Origin: a bacterium
Lineage (GTDB): Bacteria; Zixibacteria; MSB-5A5; GN15; FEB-12
DNA: 52,161 bases
Assembly: GCA_029211095.1 (NCBI GenBank)
Contig: JARGFS010000002.1
Span: forward strand, 1-52,161
Direction of reading: 5' to 3'
A program made the position numbers and the translations under genes. Within the stretch, counting starts at the first letter, position 1; each line of letters begins with the position of its first letter. The notes beneath the pieces are model-generated. The model worked only from the letters and a program-made list of their open reading frames with translations. It searched no databases and had not been told where the DNA came from. Shown in pieces: positions 27,724 to 36,025 of this stretch.

Positions 27724-29325
27724 TTGCGAAGACTGATTGTCTTAGTAGTAGCGCTCCTGTTGGGCCCGGAACTAACTACCGCGGAGACAATTACTAATTC
27801 GGTCAGCTCCTTTGAGGATGAATTGATCGAAGCTTTGTCGCGGGGGGAGATTGATCAAGTCCAGTACGATGCGTTGGTCGAGCTTTTGGAGTCAGGCGCA
27901 GGGATAGACCGACAGTATCTGGTCGACAATCTTGCTCGTGCCGACTACCTGATTGATTCCATCTCAAATGCAATCCCCACTCATGCAATTCAATTGGGAC
28001 TGCCGGAAGTATCCACGAATCTGGATTATCGTTCCAGTTATGAACTGACCGAAGCACGCCGGTCGCGTTACCGGTTCAGGATGAGTTCCTCGTATCGATC
28101 CGATCTGATGGTTACGCTATCTATCAGGAAGGAGTTCACCGGTCGGGAAAGATTCTCCCGGCGGCAGCTTGTCTGGCGTCCCCGCGCAACTGCGTTCCAC
28201 GAGATCAGATTGGGAAACTTCTCAGAACGATACGCCAACGGGCTGCTGGTTGGCTATCGGGGGAAGATACTCGATTTCTCTGATAAGCTGGATGGAGAAT
28301 CATTTGCCTATCCGGACTACGGCGGTTTTAATGGTCTCTCGGGCGGCGGAAAGATAGGCGGCGGTTCATGGCATACGCTCTGGTCGACCAACCGGGATAC
28401 GGAACTAACCCACAATCTGTATGCAGTTGGAATAAAGAGATCGCTGGGCGTGCTCACCTCCGGTGTGAATTTCAGTTGGAATCAGTTGTCCGACAGAGCA
28501 GGCGGGAAAGTCAACGATTACAAGGGCAGTTTGTTCGGTCGGTATGGCTATGCGCGTGGTTTTCTTTCGTTTGAGAGTGCCATCCAGGGAGGGGAATATG
28601 GTTCTTCGGCGGCCATTGTTGAATCTGCACTCAACGGCAACCTCCTGCGCTTGAAAACAGAGTCTTGGTATTACGGGGATGAGTACCTGGATCTCTCCAC
28701 CGGAGCGCGATCTTCTGCACTGTCCAGAGTGGTTGGCTTTCCGGAACTGGAACTGGAGCTGCGGAGTCGACGCTCCGGACAGATTGGGTCCCTTCTCAAT
28801 TTGTCCACCAGACCGCTTCTGGGTCTTCGGTGGGAAAACAGTCTCGTGGCGGCCTCAATTGGCAACGACAGCAACCTGGTCCAGAACCTGATGGCTGTGC
28901 GGAAAGAGATCAATTTGTCTGTCGCCATGAAGTTGGATTTTTTGCACAAAAGCAAAGAAACCGCGGATGCCGGCGGTTACTCTACCAATCGGGTCCGTTT
29001 GGAAATCGGTGGAGGGGATGAGGGGTGGGACTGGCGAACTTATCTCGGTTTTTCTGATGGGAACAAAGCCGATCGCTCGGTGGCCTGGTTCGGCCGCTGT
29101 CGATATCACCGACCGTCCGGTTCAGAGTATGAACTCTGGTTGAATTTTGGACGGATGGACGCAGGCCGGAAACAGCTTGATTACTTCTATGGTTTCTTTT
29201 CCAACGATCAGCTTCTATGTAACAATTTCAGTCTTGGCTTGAAAATAGCCCATCGATACAGCCGATCCTCCACGAATCATCATCGCACCACTGTGTCAAT
29301 AAGTCTGAGGAGGTTGCTCCGGTGA
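27724..29325 (+). CDS. Secreted hypothetical protein, outer-membrane beta-barrel-like (533 aa)
   Basis: Signal-peptide-like MRRLIVLVVALLLG. An acidic helical N-terminal region of about 70 aa is followed by a long Gly/Ser/Tyr/Arg-rich region with alternating hydrophobicity. TTG start 2 nt after the bEBP stop. No family recognised. Confidence 0.6.
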   Translation: MRRLIVLVVALLLGPELTTAETITNSVSSFEDELIEALSRGEIDQVQYDALVELLESGAGIDRQYLVDNLARADYLIDSISNAIPTHAIQLGLPEVSTNLDYRSSYELTEARRSRYRFRMSSSYRSDLMVTLSIRKEFTGRERFSRRQLVWRPRATAFHEIRLGNFSERYANGLLVGYRGKILDFSDKLDGESFAYPDYGGFNGLSGGGKIGGGSWHTLWSTNRDTELTHNLYAVGIKRSLGVLTSGVNFSWNQLSDRAGGKVNDYKGSLFGRYGYARGFLSFESAIQGGEYGSSAAIVESALNGNLLRLKTESWYYGDEYLDLSTGARSSALSRVVGFPELELELRSRRSGQIGSLLNLSTRPLLGLRWENSLVAASIGNDSNLVQNLMAVRKEINLSVAMKLDFLHKSKETADAGGYSTNRVRLEIGGGDEGWDWRTYLGFSDGNKADRSVAWFGRCRYHRPSGSEYELWLNFGRMDAGRKQLDYFYGFFSNDQLLCNNFSLGLKIAHRYSRSSTNHHRTTVSISLRRLLR

Positions 29326-30947
29326 GATTGATCGTTAGAATAGTATTCTCTCTTTTCTTGCTCATGGTTGTTTTTGTGGCTCAACTGGCGGCGATCACGA
29401 TCAACGAAGTTCTGTTCAACGAACCGAGCGGGAATACTTCGCTGGAGTGGATTGAACTGTACAATCCCTCAGGTCAGGCGGAATCGTTGGCCGGACTGGC
29501 TCTGGTTATTGATGGTGTCCGAGTGGAGATGAATCTCTCGTATGATCTGGCTCCGGATGACTATCAGATAATCTGCCGCCGATTGCTTGCCAGTGGACCA
29601 ACGCCAGGATTCGAAACGGTCTGGGGGGACAGCTCCGGCTATTGGGGGGACAGTCCGGAAGAACAGGCGCTGCTCACACCGGTTGAGCTCTCCTTCTCGC
29701 TCTTGAATCCCTCCGGTTCCGTTGCTCTGGTGAATTCTGCCGATGACACCCTGTCTAAATTTCATTGGGACAACACCGGGGTTGATGGCAGCTCCTGGGA
29801 GCGGGTTTCAGCGGAGGCAGATTCCATCGCCCAATCAGCCGACTTTACCGGCTCCACCCCCGGGTTCATTAATTCCCTGACCTCTCTTCCCCGGGACCTG
29901 GCTTTGGAACGAGTGGCGGTGTCGGCTTCCTCCGGACAGTCTCAGGTGACGGTTGAGCTAATCAGCCGGAGTTTCGCACCGTTTCAATACGGAGCGCTCT
30001 TCCTGTCAGAATTAGGTGGCGATACCGTTGCTTTCATTGGTCTGGAGCAGTTCCTACCGGGAGAACGGCGCGCTGTCGAGCTGACCTACGATGCAACCGG
30101 GGAATACCTGGACTTGGTGGTGTCTCTTACGGAGGATTACCGTTCTCGAAATAACCGGATTGAGTTTATCGGCTGCGGCACTGACTTTCCGGGACTAATC
30201 CTGAATGAACTGCTGGCCAATCCAACCGATGGTCAAACCTCTGAATGGGTGGAACTGTTTAATCGCTCCGGCTCTTCAATTGAATTGAACGATTGGTCTC
30301 TCGGTGATCCGGGCCGCCAAACAGCTGTGACCTTCTCTTCCCGGACTGTCGGACCGGGGGAGTATGCGGTTGTCGCCGAAGACTCCACTGAGTTTCTTCG
30401 GTTTAACAGCCGACCGGGAATCTTATTGCAGCCGTCGAGCTGGGTCACGTTGAAAAACGAAACTGATACGGTTCTTTTATTCGGTCTTTATAACATTGAG
30501 GCTGACCGGCTTGTGTACGATTCCACCTTTGACTACAATGTCACTCTCAGTCGGGACGAGAGTACCTCCTGGCCGAGCAGATGGGGTTACTCGGAACTGA
30601 AGGGGGGGACGCCGGGTCGGTTGAACCAGACTGTGCAAGGGGTATCAGGACAAACCGCGTCCATCTTTGTCACACCCAATCCGTTTTCACCGGACGGAGA
30701 TGGCTTTGAAGATCAAACCGTGATTACTCTCCATCCGCTCCCTAACTCGGGCTATAAGCTGAGGCTGTATGATCGGCAGGGGAGGATTGTTCATGATTTT
30801 GTTCAGGCCGGTCTGTCCGCCGACACGGAAATTATCTGGGATGGGCGGACCGATTCCGGGAGTCGACTGCCGATTGGGATCTACATTCTCTACTTTGAGC
30901 AGGATGGTCTGGGTTCGGAGAAAACAACGCTGGTGGTGGCCCGATGA
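29322..30947 (+). CDS. Secreted protein with two lamin-tail domains and a FlgD-Ig/T9SS-like C-terminal domain
   Basis: The LTD signatures are ITINEVLFNEPSGNTSLEWIELYNPSG and LILNELLANPTDGQTSEWVELFNRSGSSIELNDWSLGD. The C-terminus is TPNPFSPDGDGFEDQ...LRLYDRQGRIVHDF...IWDGRTDSGSRLPIGIYILYFE. GTG start overlaps the upstream stop (GTGA). Confidence 0.8.
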   Translation: MRLIVRIVFSLFLLMVVFVAQLAAITINEVLFNEPSGNTSLEWIELYNPSGQAESLAGLALVIDGVRVEMNLSYDLAPDDYQIICRRLLASGPTPGFETVWGDSSGYWGDSPEEQALLTPVELSFSLLNPSGSVALVNSADDTLSKFHWDNTGVDGSSWERVSAEADSIAQSADFTGSTPGFINSLTSLPRDLALERVAVSASSGQSQVTVELISRSFAPFQYGALFLSELGGDTVAFIGLEQFLPGERRAVELTYDATGEYLDLVVSLTEDYRSRNNRIEFIGCGTDFPGLILNELLANPTDGQTSEWVELFNRSGSSIELNDWSLGDPGRQTAVTFSSRTVGPGEYAVVAEDSTEFLRFNSRPGILLQPSSWVTLKNETDTVLLFGLYNIEADRLVYDSTFDYNVTLSRDESTSWPSRWGYSELKGGTPGRLNQTVQGVSGQTASIFVTPNPFSPDGDGFEDQTVITLHPLPNSGYKLRLYDRQGRIVHDFVQAGLSADTEIIWDGRTDSGSRLPIGIYILYFEQDGLGSEKTTLVVAR

Positions 30948-31750
30948 GGAAGTCCGGACTCATATCGTTGGTTCTGGCCGTTTTGATTTCTATGTCGGCA
31001 TCTGCCTTCGAGCCGGTCTCGTTGCGGCAACTGGGCTTCAATGAAGGCCCGCAATCTTCGACCGGACTCAGCCTGACAGCACTGGAATCTGACTCCGCCG
31101 GGAGAACTCCTACTTTTTCTGTGACCAGTGGCTACCTGAGGCAGTTTGAACTCTCGGAGTTGGACAGCCGTTTCCTTTTTGTGTCGGCCCGATTGGGGCG
31201 GCAGCTGGTCGCGCTTGGTCTCTCCCAGCTGGGTGATCCGGATTACTATGCGGACCAGCAAATGCAACTGGGGGTGGGACGAAAATTGAAGCAGTTCCAA
31301 CTTGCCCTCAATCTCTCTTTTTCACGGCAGAGTTTTGGCGCCCGGTATTCTTCGCTGAGCGCAACCAGCTGGGGTCTTTCTGCCAGATGGGAAACGAATA
31401 GGTTCAGCGTCGCAATTGTCGGTGACAACCTTTCCAACCCTTCGTTTCAGACAGGTTCGGTATCGGTGGAACGCTCGGCCGCGCTGTATGTCGGCCTGCT
31501 GACTACCGATGAAAGCAGAATCTGGCTGCGGCAGGAGATCCAGCAAGGTTTTCCACCAAGATTTCAATTAACCCAATTGTTACGCCTCAATCGGAGTGGG
31601 ACCATTTTCTGGGACTTCTCCAGTAATCCTTCCGCATACGGGGGCGGTTTGAGACTCTTATTCAAAGGCTACCGGTTCAATTACGCGGCCAGTCATCATC
31701 CGGTTCTGGGGCTTTCGCATGGACTCTCGATTGGTTATACTGTACCATGA
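30944..31750 (+). CDS. Secreted hypothetical protein, small beta-barrel-like (268 aa)
   Basis: Signal peptide LVLAVLISMSASA. There are alternating-pattern strands through to the C-terminus (GLSHGLSIGYTVP). ATGA overlaps occur at both ends. No family recognised. Confidence 0.6.
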   Translation: MRKSGLISLVLAVLISMSASAFEPVSLRQLGFNEGPQSSTGLSLTALESDSAGRTPTFSVTSGYLRQFELSELDSRFLFVSARLGRQLVALGLSQLGDPDYYADQQMQLGVGRKLKQFQLALNLSFSRQSFGARYSSLSATSWGLSARWETNRFSVAIVGDNLSNPSFQTGSVSVERSAALYVGLLTTDESRIWLRQEIQQGFPPRFQLTQLLRLNRSGTIFWDFSSNPSAYGGGLRLLFKGYRFNYAASHHPVLGLSHGLSIGYTVP

Positions 31751-32880
31751 TGCACCTGACCAGAATAGATATTGAGAAACGGGAACGGGAGATGCTGGCC
31801 GGGTATGCCTCGTTAGCCGAGAACTCTCTTGGTCGGCATTACCCTCAGCCGGAGCATGATCTTCGCACCGCCTTTCAGCGCGACCGCGACCGGATTGTGC
31901 ATTCGACCGCTTTCAGAAGGCTTGAGTACAAGACACAGGTATTTATTCCGCACGAGACCGATCACTTTCGGACTCGTCTAACACACACCATCGAGGTCGC
32001 CCAGGTTGCCCGGACAATTGCCCGCAGTTTACGGCTGAATGAAGACCTTACCGAAGCTATCGCTTTGGTGCACGATGTTGGCCATACGCCGTTCGGGCAT
32101 GCCGGGGAAGATGCTCTTGATGAATTACTGCGACATCGGGGAGGGTTCAACCATAATCGTCAGTCATTGAGAGTAGTTGACCTGCTTGAGCAGCACTATT
32201 CGGCTCATCCGGGATTGAACCTGACTTACGAAGTTCGCGAGGGGATCGTTAAGCATGAGACCAAAGGGGGAGCAGTGGGGTCGGAGTTCAGCCCGGAGTT
32301 GCAGCCAACTCTGGAAGCATCGCTGGTCGATCTGGCCGATGAGATCGCTTACAACTCTCATGACATAGATGATGGTCTTTCATCCGGGCTGTTGACCTTT
32401 GAGATGCTTCGGGAGTCGGAATTTGGGGAACTGGCAGCTGAATTCAAAGGGATCAACCTGGCCGGGGATGCTCCCGACAGTCGTTATAGACTGGTCCGGC
32501 AGATAATTAATATCCTGGGTGAGAATTTGATCAATGAAACTTCGCGCCGCCTGGAGGAGGATGATATCCAGACTCTTGATCAGGTGCGCTGTGCCCCCGG
32601 TAAACTCTGTGGTTTTGCTCCGGCTGTTGAAGAATTGGCCGCTTCACTGAAACGATTTCTCAGTGAGCGGCTGTATCGGCATTCCAAACTGCTGACCATG
32701 TCTGAGTGGGCCGCCGAAATTATCCAAACACTCTTCAAAGGGTTATTGAGTTCGCCGGAAATAATGCCGCCTCGGTTTAGGGGCCGCCTTGAAAGCGAAC
32801 CACCCGATCTGGTTGTAGCTGATTATATCGCCGGAATGACCGACCGTTTTGCGCTCAAGCTATATGAAGAAATGGGATAA
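31747..32880 (+). CDS. dgt: dGTPase-like HD-domain dNTP triphosphohydrolase
   Basis: FQRDRDRIVHSTAFRRLEYKTQVF, RTRLTHTIEVAQVAR and HDVGHTPFGHAGE motifs. Confidence 0.9.
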   Translation: MMHLTRIDIEKREREMLAGYASLAENSLGRHYPQPEHDLRTAFQRDRDRIVHSTAFRRLEYKTQVFIPHETDHFRTRLTHTIEVAQVARTIARSLRLNEDLTEAIALVHDVGHTPFGHAGEDALDELLRHRGGFNHNRQSLRVVDLLEQHYSAHPGLNLTYEVREGIVKHETKGGAVGSEFSPELQPTLEASLVDLADEIAYNSHDIDDGLSSGLLTFEMLRESEFGELAAEFKGINLAGDAPDSRYRLVRQIINILGENLINETSRRLEEDDIQTLDQVRCAPGKLCGFAPAVEELAASLKRFLSERLYRHSKLLTMSEWAAEIIQTLFKGLLSSPEIMPPRFRGRLESEPPDLVVADYIAGMTDRFALKLYEEMG

Positions 32881-32896
32881 CATCCCGGCATAGATG

Positions 32897-33385
32897 TCAG
32901 CGCAAGTGCTCCAGGATTTGCAGGACTCTGAAGAATGGATTTCTTGCATCATGAGTAGTCTTTTTGGCAAGCTGTCTGAGCTGCTCAATCCGTTTTGTAT
33001 ATTCGCCGTTAATGACCAGTTCCAGATTGTCGATTTTTCCCAGCTCTTCAGTGACGTATCCTACAGGTACGACCGGTGACCAAAACATGTACCGGACATT
33101 CTTGAAGTTGGCCAGATGCTCCCGAGCATATTCAATCTGTCGCCCGTGTTTCTTCCCGATTCGCTCGACCGTCTCATGGTTGTTCTTGTATAGAACGCCA
33201 CGCAAATGAGTCGTGACTTCACATAAGTAGGCAGTCGAGGAACTGAAAGCCAAACCTATAACGTCTAATTCTCCGAGTCCTTTCATACCCCCACCGGGAT
33301 GCCGAACATTATAATCGATGAAGTCACACATTTCAATCAGGCGAAGATAAGCGCCTACAATGAACTCTCCTATATCAGTATTCAT
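32897..33385 (-). CDS. Orphan protein with a YraN/UPF0102-like PD-(D/E)xK nuclease-fold core and a distinct C-terminal extension
   Basis: GEFIVGAYL...(N)...GELDVIGL...(12 aa)...YLCEVTTH parallels the YraN pattern GE..A..YL...GEIDLI...VEVK. GAGGAG SD lies 9 nt upstream of the ATG at 33385. The ORF track starts at 33445. Confidence 0.45.
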   Translation of the reverse strand: MNTDIGEFIVGAYLRLIEMCDFIDYNVRHPGGGMKGLGELDVIGLAFSSSTAYLCEVTTHLRGVLYKNNHETVERIGKKHGRQIEYAREHLANFKNVRYMFWSPVVPVGYVTEELGKIDNLELVINGEYTKRIEQLRQLAKKTTHDARNPFFRVLQILEHLR

Positions 33386-33558
33386 TTTTTTTAACTCCTC
33401 ATGTACCAGGGCCGATTCTGACTCTAAACCTGTATTAGCAATCAATATACCGCCTGTTGATCCAACTTGCCAACCAGGACTTTAACAGCTGTTCCGAGAA
33501 AATTCATTGCCCCTAACCGGTTGCCGCCCTATATTTTGACGAAAGTTGGGAGAATTCT

Positions 33559-33897
33559 ATGTGTGATCGCGTAAAACAGTTTAGAGAGGAAAGAGAAAAA
33601 CTTAACGATATCATCCTCTCCAAAGAGAACGTTAATATAAAACGCTTTTTTGGGATCGACAGCGCCGTCTATCGCCCGGGAGCGTTGGATGAAAAAACAA
33701 AAGAGCTTTTGGGATTGGTTGGCTCGTTGGTACTTCGCTGTGATGATTGCATCTCTTACCACTGCATCCGGGCCAAAGAACTGAACACAACCGATCAGGA
33801 ATTTGAAGAAGTAATGTCGATTGGCATGGTGGTGGGTGGCTCAATTACAATTCCTCACCTTCGCCGTGCCTTCAGACTCTGGGAAGAAATGAAATAA
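33559..33897 (+). CDS. Carboxymuconolactone decarboxylase / AhpD-like family protein
   Basis: The CxxCxxxH motif is CDDCISYH, in a 112-aa helical protein. Confidence 0.75.
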   Translation: MCDRVKQFREEREKLNDIILSKENVNIKRFFGIDSAVYRPGALDEKTKELLGLVGSLVLRCDDCISYHCIRAKELNTTDQEFEEVMSIGMVVGGSITIPHLRRAFRLWEEMK

Positions 33898-33915
33898 GCT
33901 GGAGAATTGAGCGTT

Positions 33916-34773
33916 ATGCGTTTTTTGTTATCAGTCTTTCTGTTTCTATTTACAGCAAATTCACTATCGGCGGGGATAGTGGAGGAATACAAAAAGCAGT
34001 ATGATTTCATTTCGATGGAAGACACCATCTTTACCTTTGAATCGGAATTTGTCCTCCCCAAAGGATACGATTATTCATTCAACAATGACCTCAACTCATT
34101 TCAGGTCTGGCTGAGAGATTTCCCGCTCTGGCACCAATGGAAATGGGTGGGGAGATACAAAGGGGGGAAAGAGTTTGAGTCAGAAGAGATCGCCCGGCCG
34201 GTCCATCTCCCCTGGGATGGACTAAGGTACAGTTCGCGAGGCTTTATGGTGCGGATCATCGCCGAGTACTACCGCTTTGCCAAACAGGAAGATGACTTTG
34301 CCTTCAGCATCACCGACAGCGAGCCGATCACTCTTGACACCTGGCTTAGTTCTCAGCCCCGTTTTTCTTCGCAGGGGAAACTAATAATGAAACCGGATAT
34401 GAAACGGGAAAAGTCCGATAGGGAATTCTATTCGCTGGTACACTTTGTTATCGACAAAGGAAGCTATATCTCATTGGCGGCTAATTTGGATACGATATCA
34501 ATGGATGATCTCTCAATCGGTGACCTCCTGATCTGTCACGACCGAACCGGGAAAAACGGCCAGGCCTATATCATCATGAATTCAGCTGAGAACTCCGGTG
34601 GAGAAAAAAGATTCATCCTGGCTACCGGTTGTCCCAGCGCCTGTGATTTCTACATTCCCAAATTTGACAAGGACAAAAACAGTCCCTGGCTGAGTCTGAA
34701 AGAGATTCATGCCTTGTCAACCGAGTTCGAACATCGTGGCTACTACCGGTTCCGGGATATCCCCAACCGATAG
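33916..34773 (+). CDS. Secreted hypothetical protein, DUF4846-like
   Basis: Signal peptide. FQVWLRDFPL..., the ...RIIAEYYRF... segment and GDLLICHDRTGKNGQAYIIMN...FILATGCP...SPW resemble the DUF4846 pattern as I recall it. GGAG lies 11 nt upstream of this ATG. Confidence 0.5.
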   Translation: MRFLLSVFLFLFTANSLSAGIVEEYKKQYDFISMEDTIFTFESEFVLPKGYDYSFNNDLNSFQVWLRDFPLWHQWKWVGRYKGGKEFESEEIARPVHLPWDGLRYSSRGFMVRIIAEYYRFAKQEDDFAFSITDSEPITLDTWLSSQPRFSSQGKLIMKPDMKREKSDREFYSLVHFVIDKGSYISLAANLDTISMDDLSIGDLLICHDRTGKNGQAYIIMNSAENSGGEKRFILATGCPSACDFYIPKFDKDKNSPWLSLKEIHALSTEFEHRGYYRFRDIPNR

Positions 34774-34807
34774 GCAGCCACAAAAAAGCAGGAACGGACA
34801 AAATTCC

Positions 34808-35998
34808 ATGGACGGAACAGCGACAGTAGAACAGATCACCCGGCAGGCCAGGCGCATTCATAAGTCTCAGGTCAGTTGGCGGCGACACCTGCACCAAAAC
34901 CCGGAAACGGCCAACGAAGAATTTGAGACAACCAGGTTCCTGCGGGCCGAAATCAAGAAGCTGGGGCTGAGAATCCTCCCGATCAAAATGAAAACCGGGC
35001 TGCTGGTGGAACTGAAAGGGAGCTCACCTGGCAAGACCGTAGCAGTCAGAACCGACATTGATGCCCTCCCCATTCTGGAACAATCCGGAGTACCGTTCAA
35101 ATCTCGTCGCCCCGGATTCATGCACGCCTGCGGACATGATATGCATATGGCTACTGTTCTGGGATTGGCGGCGGTTCTTAAGAATTTTCAAAAAAAGCTA
35201 AAAGGGAACGTCCGGTTCATTTTTCAACCGGCCGAAGAAAAGCCGCCCGGTGGAGCCACACCCATGATTGAGAACGGGGCGTTAAAGAACGTAAGCATGA
35301 TTTTTGGGCTGCATGTTGATCCCCACCTGGCTACCGGAAAGATAGGGGTCAGGGATGGGGTGACGATGGCCTCGGTGATTGATTTTGATCTTGTCGTTCA
35401 TGGTCGCGGCGGACATGCCGCTCGTCCCCAGCACGCGGTAGATGCGATTGTTATTGCTGCCGAAGTGATTGAGTCGCTGCAGAAAATTGTCTCCCGCGAA
35501 ACCGATCCTATTTTGCCAACGGCAGTTACGTTCGGGAAGATTGAGGGCGGGACTGCAAGAAATGTGATTGCCGACAGGGTCCTGTTGACCGGGACGGCTC
35601 GGACGCTGTCAGCACGGGACTCGCGGCGGCTCCCAAAGATGATAAAGCGAACGGCTGACAATATATGCAAAGCGCATGGAGCCAAAGCGGAGATGAACAT
35701 CATTGCGCGCTACCCGGTGCTGCACAACAGTCCCAAAGCAAACCGGCTGTTTGAACGCAATTTCAAAAAACTGTTTGGTGCCGGGAAAATCGAACAAACG
35801 GACCAGACGCTGGGAGGGGAAGATTTCGCCTGTTACCTTCAGGAAGTCCTTGGTGCGATGTTCAGACTGGGGGTGATGAATAAAAGTATCGGCGCCGATA
35901 AATCGTGGCATTCCCCGCATTTCATTGCCGATGAGCAGGCGCTCTTTTTTGGCACTTCGGTGCTGGCAGCCTCAGTTCTGGACTATCTTAACGGGTAG
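34808..35998 (+). CDS. M20D-family amidohydrolase (N-acyl-amino acid amidohydrolase / hippuricase-like)
   Basis: WRRHLHQNPETANEEFETTRFL and MHACGHDMHMATVLG motifs. The upstream extension in the ORF track overlaps the preceding gene, so I used the ATG at 34808. Confidence 0.88.
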   Translation: MDGTATVEQITRQARRIHKSQVSWRRHLHQNPETANEEFETTRFLRAEIKKLGLRILPIKMKTGLLVELKGSSPGKTVAVRTDIDALPILEQSGVPFKSRRPGFMHACGHDMHMATVLGLAAVLKNFQKKLKGNVRFIFQPAEEKPPGGATPMIENGALKNVSMIFGLHVDPHLATGKIGVRDGVTMASVIDFDLVVHGRGGHAARPQHAVDAIVIAAEVIESLQKIVSRETDPILPTAVTFGKIEGGTARNVIADRVLLTGTARTLSARDSRRLPKMIKRTADNICKAHGAKAEMNIIARYPVLHNSPKANRLFERNFKKLFGAGKIEQTDQTLGGEDFACYLQEVLGAMFRLGVMNKSIGADKSWHSPHFIADEQALFFGTSVLAASVLDYLNG

Positions 35999-36025
35999 GA
36001 CTTAGTTTTTTCTTAAGACGAGGGT

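Noticed and set aside
31747-32880. dGTPase as an anti-phage nucleotide-depletion defence gene
   Set aside because: The sequence looks like the widespread housekeeping Dgt-like family of about 380 aa. It is embedded in a housekeeping, gap-free array, and no other defence or mobile genes are nearby. A defence subclade cannot be excluded without phylogeny.
35950-35964. TGGCAC-ttcgg-TGCT sigma-54-like motif at the end of the M20 gene, upstream of the propeller lipoprotein
   Set aside because: The GC of the -12 element is one nucleotide too close to the -24 GG. Sigma-54 promoters are intolerant of spacing changes, and the motif lies inside coding sequence.
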